The notes under the pieces: model-generated
The model's input: only the letters and a program-made list of their open reading frames with translations
Told to the model about the DNA's origin: nothing
The model's database searches: none
DNA from: an uncultured Clostridia bacterium
GTDB taxonomy: Bacteria > Bacillota > Clostridia > Christensenellales > CAG-138
Assembly: GCA_946614035.1 (NCBI GenBank)
Contig: CAMOGJ010000001.1
Coordinates: 59,023 to 123,022 of the forward strand
DNA: 64,000 bases
Direction: 5' to 3'
Program-made: the position numbers and the translations under genes
Shown here: in pieces, positions 1-13,800 of the stretch
Numbering within the stretch: position 1 is the first letter of the stretch
How the letters are laid out: the number at the start of each line of letters is the position of its first letter

Positions 1-469
1 CGGTCGTGACGGTCCAGTTTTCTTCATCCGCCGATAGATAGATATAGGTTTTGCCGTCGATCTGTTCCCCGTACGACAGAATGTTCACCTGCGTATCGTC
101 GCCGTTCGCGATGCCGACCTCGATCCGGAACGAATACGGATCCTCGCACATCAGCTCGTCTATGGTCATCTGTACCTTGGTCTGCTGCTCGATGTGATAG
201 GCGGGAACGCCCATCGTGAAGTCGGCTTCGTAGTCGATGCCCACATGCAGGGATGCGATCTCCTGCATTTTTTCATACGCCGCCGTAAGCACGTCCTTGG
301 GATCCGGCGTCGGTTCGGGCGTGGGAGTCGGCGTCGGCTCCGGCGTAGGCGTCGGCGTGGGCGCTTCGGTCGGGACGGGGGTCGGCGTCGGCGCGATTTT
401 GCCCGGAATACAGGCGGAGAGCGCCAGCAGAAGTGCGAGAGAGAGAAGCAATGCGATGCAGCGTTTCAC
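1..469 (-). CDS. Secreted lipoprotein, function unknown (C-terminus lies beyond the window start)
   Basis: Read directly from the reverse strand; not in the ORF track. GTG start at 469-467, six nt after AAAGGAG inside the proC 3' end. N-terminus VKRCIALLLSLALLLALSAC is a signal peptide plus lipobox (LSAC). A TPTPVPTEAPTPTPTPEPTPTPTPEPTPDP linker follows. The frame stays open to position 1. Confidence 0.7.
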   Translation of the reverse strand, partial: MKRCIALLLSLALLLALSACIPGKIAPTPTPVPTEAPTPTPTPEPTPTPTPEPTPDPKDVLTAAYEKMQEIASLHVGIDYEADFTMGVPAYHIEQQTKVQMTIDELMCEDPYSFRIEVGIANGDDTQVNILSYGEQIDGKTYIYLSADEENWTVTT

Positions 470-471
470 GG

Positions 472-1278
472 CTATTCTCCTTTCTTCAGTTCCAGATTGC
501 GTTCATAGGCGGCGATGACCGCCTCCATCGCGGCGGAACGGAATCCGCCCTTTTCAAGGGCGCGCACGCCCTGAATCGTGCTGCCCGCGGGCGAGCAGAC
601 GACGTCCTTCAATGCGCCGGGATGCTGACCGGAAATCCGTGCGGTCTTGCCCGCGCCCTCCACGGTCTGCGCCGCGAAGCGGAGCGCGGTTTTGCGCGGC
701 AGTCCGCACGCCACGCCGCCGTCGGCAAGCGCCTCGATAAACAGGTCGACGAACGCCGGACCGCAGCCGAACAGCGCGCTGCCCGCGTCCATCAGATGCT
801 CGGGAAGCGGCTCGACGGTGCCCGCATGCGCCACAAGCTTGCAGAACGCCGCAAGCTCGCCGTCGTCGACGCCCTCGCTGCAGTAGGCGATGATGCCGGC
901 GCCGATCGCGATCGGCGTGTTCGGCATGATCCGGATCACCGGGTACGCGCCGCCCGCGAGCGCGCGGATCGACGCGATCGTCAGTCCCGCCGCCGGTGTG
1001 ACGAGCACGAAACGGCTCTGCCGCGCCGCAAGAACGGGCGCAACCTCGCGCAAAACGTCCGGCATGATCTGCGGCTTGACCGCAAGGACGATGAGATCGC
1101 AGCGATGCGCAATCTCCGTATTGGTCGAAACGTGCGCGCGTAGGGTCGTGGCAAGCGCGCGCGCCTTCTCTTCGGTGCGGTTTGAAAGCAGCAGCGTCAC
1201 GTTCGGATCGTCCGCCGCGAGTGCGGCGATCGCGCTTCCCATGGCGCCGGTGCCGATGATGCCGACGGTTTGAAACAT
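472..1278 (-). CDS. proC: Pyrroline-5-carboxylate reductase
   Basis: Frame of track ORF 472..1473, trimmed to ATG 1278 (MFQTVGIIGTGAMGSAIA, Rossmann GxGxxG), behind GGAAGGAG. C-terminal SPAGSTIQGVRALEKGGFR is typical of ProC. Confidence 0.9.
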   Translation of the reverse strand: MFQTVGIIGTGAMGSAIAALAADDPNVTLLLSNRTEEKARALATTLRAHVSTNTEIAHRCDLIVLAVKPQIMPDVLREVAPVLAARQSRFVLVTPAAGLTIASIRALAGGAYPVIRIMPNTPIAIGAGIIAYCSEGVDDGELAAFCKLVAHAGTVEPLPEHLMDAGSALFGCGPAFVDLFIEALADGGVACGLPRKTALRFAAQTVEGAGKTARISGQHPGALKDVVCSPAGSTIQGVRALEKGGFRSAAMEAVIAAYERNLELKKGE

Positions 1279-1282
1279 AGGG

Positions 1283-1783
1283 TTACTCCTTCCTCTGCTT
1301 TGCGATCGAGAAATAGTGCGTCGGGATATGGCAGTAGCCGGCGGGGTTCTTGTCGAGATATTTTTGGTGGTATTCCTCCGCGGACCAGAAATCTTCGATC
1401 GGCTTCTTTTCGACCGCAAGCGGCGCGCCTGCCTTTTCGGTTTGTTCCGCGAACACGGCGTCGATCTCTTCAAGCTGCGACGTGTCCGTATAGTACACGC
1501 CGGTGCGGTACTGCACGCCCGCGTCCATGCCCTGCCGGTTCACGGACAGCGGATCGATCACCATGAAATAGTATTGCAGCAGTTCTCTGAGCGAAAGCAC
1601 GGTCTCGTCATAGTCGACGCGCACCGTCTCGGCATGACCTGCGCTGTCGCACACCTCGCGATAGCTCGGATGCGCGGTCGGACCGTTCGCGTAGCCGACC
1701 TCGGTGTTCAGCACGCCGGGAAACTGGTCGATGAACTTCTGCATACCCCAGAAGCAGCCGCCCGCAAGATAGATCGTTTTCAT
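1283..1783 (-). CDS. msrA: Peptide-methionine (S)-S-oxide reductase
   Basis: 166 aa. MKTIYLAGGCFWGMQKF carries the GCFWG catalytic motif. The end of the protein reads ...EEYHQKYLDKNPAGYCHI. Confidence 0.92.
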   Translation of the reverse strand: MKTIYLAGGCFWGMQKFIDQFPGVLNTEVGYANGPTAHPSYREVCDSAGHAETVRVDYDETVLSLRELLQYYFMVIDPLSVNRQGMDAGVQYRTGVYYTDTSQLEEIDAVFAEQTEKAGAPLAVEKKPIEDFWSAEEYHQKYLDKNPAGYCHIPTHYFSIAKQRKE

Positions 1784-1784
1784 C

Positions 1785-2342
1785 TCAGTTCCTCCACTTC
1801 GCCTTCGCGTTCGGGCAGTTCTGCTGCATCAGCGTCTTGAATTCCGCCTCGGTGCAGCCGTCCTCGAACCCGGTCTTTGCGACCATGACCGTCTGCCGCG
1901 CATTGGTGCGCAGAAGCAGCAGGTCGCGCGTTTCGGTAAAGCGCGTGAACGACACAAACGGCATGGCGTTCAGGTTGTCGTTCGCGGCGTTGTGCACCGT
2001 GATGCCGCCGGTGACGACCTTTGTGGTCAGCGCACCGGGACCGCCGAACGCTTCGGTCATGCGCTTCATCGCGTTGTTCGCGTAGATGCTCGGCATCAGC
2101 ACCGCCTGCACCGCCACGATGATCGCGGCGACGCCGAGCGCGGCGAGCGGGAAGATGTTGCCGGTCGAAAACAGCGGCTTGTCCGAAAGGAGGACGGAGA
2201 CAGCGAAGATCGCCGCCATCAGCACGACCGCGCCCGCAAAGAGCAGGGTCGAGCGCTTGAGCATTTCGCTGTATGCCTGCCGGTAATGGTCGAGGGTCGG
2301 AACGAAACGGTTGATTGCGTAAACGGTAGTTTGTTCTTCCAT
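1785..2342 (-). CDS. YcxB-like membrane protein (paralog 1)
   Basis: Track ORF 1785..2507 trimmed to ATG 2342 (MEEQTTVYAINRF) behind AAGGAG. Two central hydrophobic helices, then a C-terminal soluble segment (...TRDLLLLRTNARQTVMVAKTGF...). Architecture matches the neighbouring paralog. Confidence 0.55.
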   Translation of the reverse strand: MEEQTTVYAINRFVPTLDHYRQAYSEMLKRSTLLFAGAVVLMAAIFAVSVLLSDKPLFSTGNIFPLAALGVAAIIVAVQAVLMPSIYANNAMKRMTEAFGGPGALTTKVVTGGITVHNAANDNLNAMPFVSFTRFTETRDLLLLRTNARQTVMVAKTGFEDGCTEAEFKTLMQQNCPNAKAKWRN

Positions 2343-2353
2343 GGGATTCTCCT

Positions 2354-2923
2354 TTATGCGGTAAACTGAATCTTGGCTTTGGGACATTTTTCGCGGATCA
2401 GCGCTTTGAAGCCGGGCACGTCGAGCCCTTCCAGCGCGGCTTTGTGCACCTGCACGACCTGCTTTTCCTTCGTTTCGAGCAGAATGAGGTCCCGCGTCTC
2501 CATGCACCGTACGATGATCGGATAGGAAAGGCGGATGTCCGACTGCCGTTCGCCGATCCTGAGGCGGATGCCGTCGTCATAGAACTCGGTCACGACGGTC
2601 GGCAGATCGCCGTACAGCTCGAACCCACGGCGCAGCTTGCGCTTCGCGTTGCGGCTCGGCGAGAAGAACGCCCAGATGTATAGCGCGATGAACGCGGCGA
2701 GGCATGCGACGAGAATCCAGAAACGGATCGGGTTCCTGAACACGAGCACCATCAGCGCCTGCTGGATCAGCATGGAGAGCAGGTATGCGATACATGCCGC
2801 GCCGAGCACGATCAGCAGCACGAGCCGGAGCTTGGAGCGGGCGGCGCGATAGAGCTGCAGCTCGGTTTCGTACGCGGGACGGAACACGCATCTTGCCAGC
2901 ACGGGGCTTTGTTCGGATTCCAT
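2354..2923 (-). CDS. YcxB-like membrane protein (paralog 2)
   Basis: 189 aa, ATG behind AAAGGAGG. Same layout as 1785..2342: N-terminal soluble part, two TM helices, C-terminal ...TRDLILLETKEKQVVQVHKAAL... Confidence 0.55.
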   Translation of the reverse strand: MESEQSPVLARCVFRPAYETELQLYRAARSKLRLVLLIVLGAACIAYLLSMLIQQALMVLVFRNPIRFWILVACLAAFIALYIWAFFSPSRNAKRKLRRGFELYGDLPTVVTEFYDDGIRLRIGERQSDIRLSYPIIVRCMETRDLILLETKEKQVVQVHKAALEGLDVPGFKALIREKCPKAKIQFTA

Positions 2924-2934
2924 AGAAACCTCCT

Positions 2935-4188
2935 TTATGCGTCGTCTGCCGCGAAGCGCGCGGCAAGGCGGAGCAGGATTTCGACGTTCTTTTCCATCGA
3001 CGGGATCGGCACGTACTCGAACCGGCCGTGCGCGTTCTCATAGCCCGCCGACAGGTTCGGACAGGGCAGCCCGCGCTGCGACAGCGCCGAGCCGTCCGTG
3101 CCGCCGCGAAACGCGATCGACTGCGGCGTCAGACCGGTTTCGCGGATCGCCGCGCAAAGGTGTTCGATCAGGTACGGGTGCCGGTCCACGACCTCCTTCA
3201 TGCTGCGGTAGGTCTCGGTGATCGTGAGCGCGGCGGCGCCGGGATACTGCGCGTTGATCGCGTCGGTGCATTTTTGCAGGTACGCTTCGCGGATCTCGAA
3301 CTGCGTGCGGTCGTGATCGCGCACGATGAGCTCCGTTTCCGCATGCTCGCACGCGCCGCGCATCGAGATGACGTGGAAAAAGCCCTCGCGTCCCTCGGTG
3401 AACTGCGGCTTTTCGAAGCGCGGCAGCATCGAGAGCCATTCGGTCATCAGGTCGCAGGCGTTGATCATAATGCCCTTGGCGGTGCCGGTGTGCACGCTGC
3501 GCCCGGAGAAGACGACCTTTGCGTGCGAGGCGTGGAACGTCTCGTCCTCATAGAAGCCGAGGTAGTCGCCGTCGAGCGTATAGGCGACCGGCGCGCCGAA
3601 GCGGGCAAGGTCGAGGTCCTTGGCGAGCCCGCCGACCTCCTCGTCGGGCGTGAACGCGAGCGCGATCGGACCGTGCTCGATCTTTGGATGCGAGAGCAGA
3701 TGCTCCGCCAACGTCATGACCGCGGCGATCGCCGCCTTGTCGTCGCCGCCGAGCAGCGTCGTGCCGTCGGTCAGGATCAGGTCCTGTCCGACGTAATTGA
3801 GAAGGTTCGGGAAATCCTTCGGCGACATCACGATGCCCTGTTCGGGGTTGAGCACGATATCGCCGCCGTCGTACGATTCAAGCACCCACGGGCGCACGTT
3901 CGCGCCGGGCGCATCGGGTGCGGTGTCCATGTGCGTGACGAGCCCGAACGGGCGTCCGCCGCCGTCCGCGCGCGTCGAGGGCAGCATGGCGTAGACGACG
4001 CAGCAACGCTCATCGAGCCACACGTCCTTTGCGCCGATCGCAAGAAGCTCGTCGAACAGCACGCGCGCAAGGTCGAACTGCTTTTGCGTGGTCGGCGTCG
4101 CGCTGCTCTTGGGGTCGGATTGCGTGTCGATTTTTGCATAGCGGATCAGGCGGTCTCTCACCTGCCCGTAAAACGGCGTTCGTTCCAT
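2935..4188 (-). CDS. pepT: Peptidase T (tripeptide aminopeptidase, M20B)
   Basis: Track ORF trimmed to ATG 4188 (MERTPFYGQVRDRLIRYAKIDTQSD) behind GGAGG. Contains HMDTAPD, TLLGGDDKAAIA and FTPDEEVG metal-ligand motifs characteristic of PepT. Confidence 0.88.
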   Translation of the reverse strand: MERTPFYGQVRDRLIRYAKIDTQSDPKSSATPTTQKQFDLARVLFDELLAIGAKDVWLDERCCVVYAMLPSTRADGGGRPFGLVTHMDTAPDAPGANVRPWVLESYDGGDIVLNPEQGIVMSPKDFPNLLNYVGQDLILTDGTTLLGGDDKAAIAAVMTLAEHLLSHPKIEHGPIALAFTPDEEVGGLAKDLDLARFGAPVAYTLDGDYLGFYEDETFHASHAKVVFSGRSVHTGTAKGIMINACDLMTEWLSMLPRFEKPQFTEGREGFFHVISMRGACEHAETELIVRDHDRTQFEIREAYLQKCTDAINAQYPGAAALTITETYRSMKEVVDRHPYLIEHLCAAIRETGLTPQSIAFRGGTDGSALSQRGLPCPNLSAGYENAHGRFEYVPIPSMEKNVEILLRLAARFAADDA

Positions 4189-4323
4189 AGAAATGCCTCC
4201 GTATGTCTTTGTTCTTATCATACACGTACACTGCCCGCGTTGCAAGCGGGTTTTTTGAAACTTGACTCTTTCTTTTTGGTCCGTGCTGTGGTATCATAAT
4301 TCAGTTAAGGAGAGTTTACGAGT

Positions 4324-6012
<1,689 letters not shown>

Positions 6013-6013
6013 T

Positions 6014-7294
6014 ATGCTGGATATCAAGCTCGTCCGGTCGAATCCGGACCTCGTGAAGGAAAACATCAAAAAGAAGTTTCAGGATGAAAAGCTCGTTCTC
6101 GTCGACGAGGTGCTTGCGCTCGACAAGGAATACCGCGAGGCGCACGTGCGCGGCGATTATCTCAGAAACCAGCGCAACGTCATCAGTAAGTCCATCGGCA
6201 TGATGATGGCGCACGGCGAGCGCGACAAGGCGGAGGAAGCCAAGAAGCAGGTCAGCGCGATGGCGAAGGAAATGGCGGACCTCGAAGTGCGCGAGACAGA
6301 GCTCGAGGGCGAGATCCGCAAGCGCATGCTGGTGATCCCGAACATCATCGACGCGTCGGTCCCGATCGGCAGGAACGACACCGAGAACGTCGAGATCGAA
6401 CGCTTCGGCGAGCCGGTCGTGCCCGATTTCGAGATTCCCTACCATGTGGACATCATGGAGCGGCTCAGCGGCATCGATCTCGATTCCGCGCGCAAGACGA
6501 GCGGCAACGGCTTCTACTACCTGATGGGCGACATCGCGCGGCTGCACAGCGCGGTGCTCTCCTATGCGCGCGACTTCATGATCGACCGCGGCTACACCTA
6601 CGTCGTGCCGCCGTTCATGATCCGTTCCGCGGTCGTCGACGGCGTCATGAGCTTTGCCGAGATGGAAAACATGATGTACAAGATCGAAGGCGAGGATCTG
6701 TATCTGATCGGCACCTCCGAGCACAGCATGATCGGCCGGTTCATGAACACGTTTCACGACGAGGACAAGCTCCCGATCCGGCTCACGAGCTATTCGCCCT
6801 GCTTCCGCAAGGAGGTCGGCGCGCACGGCATCGAGGAGCGCGGCGTGTACCGCATCCACCAGTTCGAAAAGCAGGAGATGATCATCGTCTGCAAGCCGGA
6901 GGACAGCATGACGCTGTACAACGAGCTTTGGCAGAACACGGTCGACTTCTTCCGCTCGCTCGACATTCCGGTGCGCACGCTCGAATGCTGCTCCGGCGAT
7001 CTGGCGGACCTCAAGGTCAAGAGCTGCGACGTTGAAGCGTGGTCGCCGCGCCAGCAGAAGTATTTCGAGGTCGGCAGCTGCTCGAACCTTGGCGATGCGC
7101 AGGCGAGACGCCTCGGCATTCGCATCAAGAACAAGGAGAAGGGCAACTACTTCGCGCATACGCTGAACAACACGGTCGTCGCGCCGCCGCGCATGCTGAT
7201 CGCCTTCCTCGAAAACAACCTGCAGGCGGACGGCACAATCCGCATCCCCGAGGTGCTCCGTCCGTACATGGGCTTCAAGGAGACCATCGGATAA
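6014..7294 (+). CDS. serS: Serine--tRNA ligase
   Basis: 426 aa. MLDIKLVRSNPDLVKENIKKK is the N-terminal coiled-coil arm. Class II core motifs are present (...YLIGTSEH..., ...FRKEVGAHG..RG..R.HQFEK...). Starts 2 nt after the argS stop. Confidence 0.94.
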   Translation: MLDIKLVRSNPDLVKENIKKKFQDEKLVLVDEVLALDKEYREAHVRGDYLRNQRNVISKSIGMMMAHGERDKAEEAKKQVSAMAKEMADLEVRETELEGEIRKRMLVIPNIIDASVPIGRNDTENVEIERFGEPVVPDFEIPYHVDIMERLSGIDLDSARKTSGNGFYYLMGDIARLHSAVLSYARDFMIDRGYTYVVPPFMIRSAVVDGVMSFAEMENMMYKIEGEDLYLIGTSEHSMIGRFMNTFHDEDKLPIRLTSYSPCFRKEVGAHGIEERGVYRIHQFEKQEMIIVCKPEDSMTLYNELWQNTVDFFRSLDIPVRTLECCSGDLADLKVKSCDVEAWSPRQQKYFEVGSCSNLGDAQARRLGIRIKNKEKGNYFAHTLNNTVVAPPRMLIAFLENNLQADGTIRIPEVLRPYMGFKETIG

Positions 7295-7303
7295 AAACCG
7301 CAG

Positions 7304-7334
7304 AAAAAGGACTGCCGCGGCAGTCCTTTTTTTC
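7304..7334. terminator. Bidirectional rho-independent terminator (serS / sigH)
   Basis: AAAAAGGACTGCCGCGGCAGTCCTTTTTTT: perfect GC-rich stem flanked by an A-run and a T-run, between convergent genes. Confidence 0.8.
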
Positions 7335-7344
7335 GTTCGGATGT

Positions 7345-7938
7345 TCATTTCCGGAAGCCTTCCAGTTTGTGCTTCACGCGCTGCATCGCATTGTCGACCG
7401 ACTTTGCGGGCTTTTTAAGCTTCGCCGCGATCTGCGGGTACGAATACCCGCAGAGGTACAGGTTCAGCACGCGCTGTTCCATCGGGGAAAGCACGTTGTT
7501 GAGGTGCTGCACGAGCTGATCGAAGTTCTCGCGCCCGATCACGACGTCCTCGGGATCGGCGACGGACAGCGAACGCACCGTGTCGAGCAGGGTCAGATCG
7601 CCGTCGCTCGTCTCCGACCGGTTCAGCGAAACATAGTTGTTCAGCGGGCCGTGCTTCTTGCGCGTCGCCTGCTTGATCGCGGACAGGATCTGCCGCGTGA
7701 TGCACAGCTCCGCAAAGCTTTTGAAGGACGCCGCTTTGCTTTCGTCGTATTCGCACACCGCCTTATACAGTCCGATCATGCCTTCCTGCACCAGATCCTC
7801 GTGGTCCGCGCCGATCAGAAAGTACGAATGTGCGCGCGAACGCACGAGCTGCTTGTACCGGTCGTACAGCAGCCCTTCCGCGGTACGGTCGCCCTGTCGG
7901 ATGCGGGCAATCAGTGCTTCATCGGACGGTGCAGTCAT
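7345..7938 (-). CDS. sigH: RNA polymerase sporulation sigma factor SigH
   Basis: 197 aa sigma-70 family protein. ...YFLIGADHEDLVQEGMIGLYKAVCEYDESKAASFKSFAELCITRQILSAIKQATRKKH... closely follows the Firmicute SigH region 2. Sits downstream of rlmB as in Bacillus/Clostridium synteny. Confidence 0.85.
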   Translation of the reverse strand: MTAPSDEALIARIRQGDRTAEGLLYDRYKQLVRSRAHSYFLIGADHEDLVQEGMIGLYKAVCEYDESKAASFKSFAELCITRQILSAIKQATRKKHGPLNNYVSLNRSETSDGDLTLLDTVRSLSVADPEDVVIGRENFDQLVQHLNNVLSPMEQRVLNLYLCGYSYPQIAAKLKKPAKSVDNAMQRVKHKLEGFRK

Positions 7939-9059
7939 ACGGTTTCGCTGTCCTGCCGCTTTTTCTCAAACATGAGGATCGCCGCCGCGACGCCCGCGTT
8001 CAGCGAATCGATGTGTCCCTGCATCGGGATCGAGACGAGAAAGTCGCAGTTTTCACGCACGAGCTTCGAGATGCCCTCGCCCTCGTTTCCGATCACGAGC
8101 GCCAGAGGACCTTTGAGCGCCGCGGAGCGCATGCTTTCGCCCTTCATGTCCGCTCCCGCGACCCACAGCCCCGCGCTCTTTAACTGCGCAAGCGCCGCGT
8201 TGATGTTGACCACGCGCGCGATCTTCACGTACTCGGTCGCGCCCGCGCTCGCCTTGACCGCCGCCGCGGTGACGGATGCGCTTCTGCGCTTGCCGATGAC
8301 GACGCCGTGCGCGCCCGCACAGTCCGCGCTGCGGATGATCGAACCGAGGTTATGCGGATCCTCGATCTCGTCGAGCACGATCACGAACGGTGCTTCGCCG
8401 CGCGCCTTCGCGACGTCGAGAATGTCTGCGATGTCGCAATAGGTCACGCCCGCCGCATAGGCGACGATGCCCTGATGGTTCGCGGTCTTGCCGCCGTGAC
8501 CGAACGGCATGCACAGCTCGTCCAGCTTTCTGCGGTCGACCTCGCGCACGACGAGCTTGCGCTCGCGCGCGAGCGTTACGATCTCGCCGAGCGAACCGTC
8601 GCGCTCGTTGGTGACGAGGATGCGGTCGATGCTTCTGCCGCTCTTGACCGCCTCGCGCACCGCGTTGCGTCCGATCAGCAGGTACGGCTGCTCGTCGTTC
8701 TCGTTCTGCTGCTGCGAACGATCCGGCTGCTGCGGTCTGCGCTCGTCATTCTGCCGGTCAAACGGCTTTTTGCCGAACGGCTTGCGCTCGTCGTTCTGCC
8801 GGTCGAACGGCTTCTTGCCGAACGGCTTCTGTCCGTCGCGCTTCTCGAACGGCTTCTTGCCGTAGGAGCGATCGCCGTCCTCGCGCCGATCGTACGGTTT
8901 TTTGCCGTAGGAACGCTCGCCGTCCTCACGACGGTCGAACGGCTTCTTGCCGTAGGGCTTGCGGTCGTCGTCGTAGCGGCGCTGCGTGTTCTTCGCGTCG
9001 CGCACGCCGGTGTCCTTCGAGGAGGGACGCTTGGAGTACTCATTCTTTTGATACGTCAT
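7935..9059 (-). CDS. rlmB: 23S rRNA (guanosine-2'-O)-methyltransferase RlmB (SpoU/TrmH family) with repeat-rich N-terminal extension
   Basis: Track ORF trimmed to ATG 9059 (MTYQKNEY) behind AAAGGAAA. The C-terminal 250 aa holds a SpoU substrate-binding domain and a TrmH knot (...VLDEIEDPHNLGSIIRSA..., ...LVIGNEGEGIS..., ...IPMQGHIDSLNAGVAAAI...). The stop overlaps the sigH ATG (ATGA). Confidence 0.85.
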   Translation of the reverse strand: MTYQKNEYSKRPSSKDTGVRDAKNTQRRYDDDRKPYGKKPFDRREDGERSYGKKPYDRREDGDRSYGKKPFEKRDGQKPFGKKPFDRQNDERKPFGKKPFDRQNDERRPQQPDRSQQQNENDEQPYLLIGRNAVREAVKSGRSIDRILVTNERDGSLGEIVTLARERKLVVREVDRRKLDELCMPFGHGGKTANHQGIVAYAAGVTYCDIADILDVAKARGEAPFVIVLDEIEDPHNLGSIIRSADCAGAHGVVIGKRRSASVTAAAVKASAGATEYVKIARVVNINAALAQLKSAGLWVAGADMKGESMRSAALKGPLALVIGNEGEGISKLVRENCDFLVSIPMQGHIDSLNAGVAAAILMFEKKRQDSETV

Positions 9060-9501
9060 ATTCGGTTTCCTTTCCGGAAGATTCAACTTGTTCCAAAATC
9101 ATCTGCATCAGTTCGCCGATGCGCGCGTCCGCACCCTTCAGGTACAGATGCCCGAGCATCGATTCAAGCCCCGTCGCCACGCGGTAGTCGCGCACGTCCG
9201 CATGCTTGGGCACGGTTGCGCTGTGCGCGTTGCGCCCGCGGCGAAACGCCGCCTGCTCCTCCTCGGTCAGCGCGCTTTGGATGCAGTAGTACGCCTGCGC
9301 CTGTCCCTTCGCACAGACGCGCTTGGCGGATTCGAGGTGCAGCGCGCGCACCTTGAGGCACAGCGTCTCCGCAAGGTAGGTGCGCACATAGAGATCATAG
9401 ATCGTGTCGCCGAGGTATGCGAGCGTCAGCGCGGGCAGCGAAAGCGGGTCCGCGGGGCGCTCGATGCGCAAGGCGTTTAAAAGTTTGGAATGCATGCTCA
9501 T
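9040..9501 (-). CDS. mrnC: Mini-ribonuclease 3
   Basis: 153 aa. ...LTLAYLGDTIYDLYVRTYL... is the RNase III-like catalytic signature of Mini-III. Lies upstream of rlmB as in B. subtilis (yazC-yacO). Overlaps the rlmB start by 20 nt. Confidence 0.85.
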   Translation of the reverse strand: MSMHSKLLNALRIERPADPLSLPALTLAYLGDTIYDLYVRTYLAETLCLKVRALHLESAKRVCAKGQAQAYYCIQSALTEEEQAAFRRGRNAHSATVPKHADVRDYRVATGLESMLGHLYLKGADARIGELMQMILEQVESSGKETEYDVSKE

Positions 9502-9582
9502 ACACCATTATCATACCTTCTTTTGGCGACGAAGGCAACAAAAATCTGAAAAAACACGCAAAAAACCGGCGCTTCGGCACGG

Positions 9583-9611
9583 TTGCGTTTCGCACGGGAC
9601 TGTGCTATACT
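9583..9611 (+). promoter_or_regulatory. Putative sigma-A promoter of pth-mfd
   Basis: TTGCGT (9583-9588), 17-nt spacer, TATACT (9606-9611), about 75 nt upstream of the pth ATG. Confidence 0.45.
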
Positions 9612-9685
9612 CTTATACGTGGAATTTTCCGCATACCCCTCCCCCAAAGCGGGCGTGGGGAATTGGAGTTTTGAGAGGAACGCAT

Positions 9686-10294
9686 ATGTATTTGATCGTC
9701 GGGCTCGGCAATCCGGGGCTGAGCTACGCCAAAACGCGGCACAACGCGGGCTTTCAGGCGCTGGACGTGCTTGCAAAGCAGCTGGACGTGCGCATCAAAA
9801 CGAAGGGCTTTTCCGCGCTGTACGGCGAAGGTCGCATCGGGTCGGAGCGCGTCGTTCTGTGCAAGCCGCAGACCTATATGAACAATTCCGGCGAGGCGGT
9901 GCAGCAGATCTTGCACTTCTATAAGCTCGAACCCGAACGGCTGATCGTGCTGTACGACGACATCGATCTGCCGCTCGGCAGCATGCGCATCCGCGCCAAC
10001 GGCTCCGCCGGTACGCACAACGGCATGCGCTCGATCCTTGCGTGCATCCATTCCGAGCAGTTCGCGCGCATCCGCATCGGCGTCGGCAAGGACGAAAGTC
10101 TGCTGCTGCGCGATTTTGTGCTGAAGCGTCCGTCCAAGGCGGAGCAGACCGAACTGAACGAGGTGTTCGAGCATGCTGCGGACGCGGCGTCGTTGATCGT
10201 GCAGGGCAAGCTCAACGAGGCGCAGATGAAGTACAACAAGAAGCACGAAAAGAACGTGTCCGTCTCGATCGACGGCAAGCAACCGGAGGCATAA
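9686..10294 (+). CDS. pth: Peptidyl-tRNA hydrolase
   Basis: Track ORF 9404..10294 trimmed to ATG 9686 (MYLIVGLGNPGLSYAKTRHNAGF, canonical Pth N-terminus) behind GAGAGGAA. Confidence 0.93.
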   Translation: MYLIVGLGNPGLSYAKTRHNAGFQALDVLAKQLDVRIKTKGFSALYGEGRIGSERVVLCKPQTYMNNSGEAVQQILHFYKLEPERLIVLYDDIDLPLGSMRIRANGSAGTHNGMRSILACIHSEQFARIRIGVGKDESLLLRDFVLKRPSKAEQTELNEVFEHAADAASLIVQGKLNEAQMKYNKKHEKNVSVSIDGKQPEA

Positions 10295-10324
10295 CATGGT
10301 GCGAATTTGCACCAATGGAGGACG

Positions 10325-13744
<3,420 letters not shown>

Positions 13745-13800
13745 CGGCCCCGAAACAAGGTATAATGAGACAATCATCGGAAAGGAATCAAATTCAAAAT

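Noticed and set aside
194-518. Plus-strand ORFs with RRRR and GVGVG repeats.
   Set aside because: They mirror the (Thr-Pro)n linker of the minus-strand lipoprotein. The lipoprotein frame has a signal peptide, a lipobox and an RBS.
4189-4323. Possible T-box or other leader upstream of argS. A plus-strand terminator-like hairpin CCCGCgttgcaaGCGGG+TTTTTT lies at about 4233-4256.
   Set aside because: The gap is only 135 nt, too short for a T-box. I see no specifier loop or T-box consensus. The hairpin has no upstream plus-strand gene and may just insulate argS from antisense transcription, so the evidence for a regulatory RNA is insufficient.
8700-8960. Regularly spaced ~45-nt DNA repeats that could superficially suggest a CRISPR-like or tandem-repeat locus.
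   Set aside because: The repeats are in frame within rlmB and encode the YGKKPFDR peptide repeat. There are no unique spacers and no cas genes.
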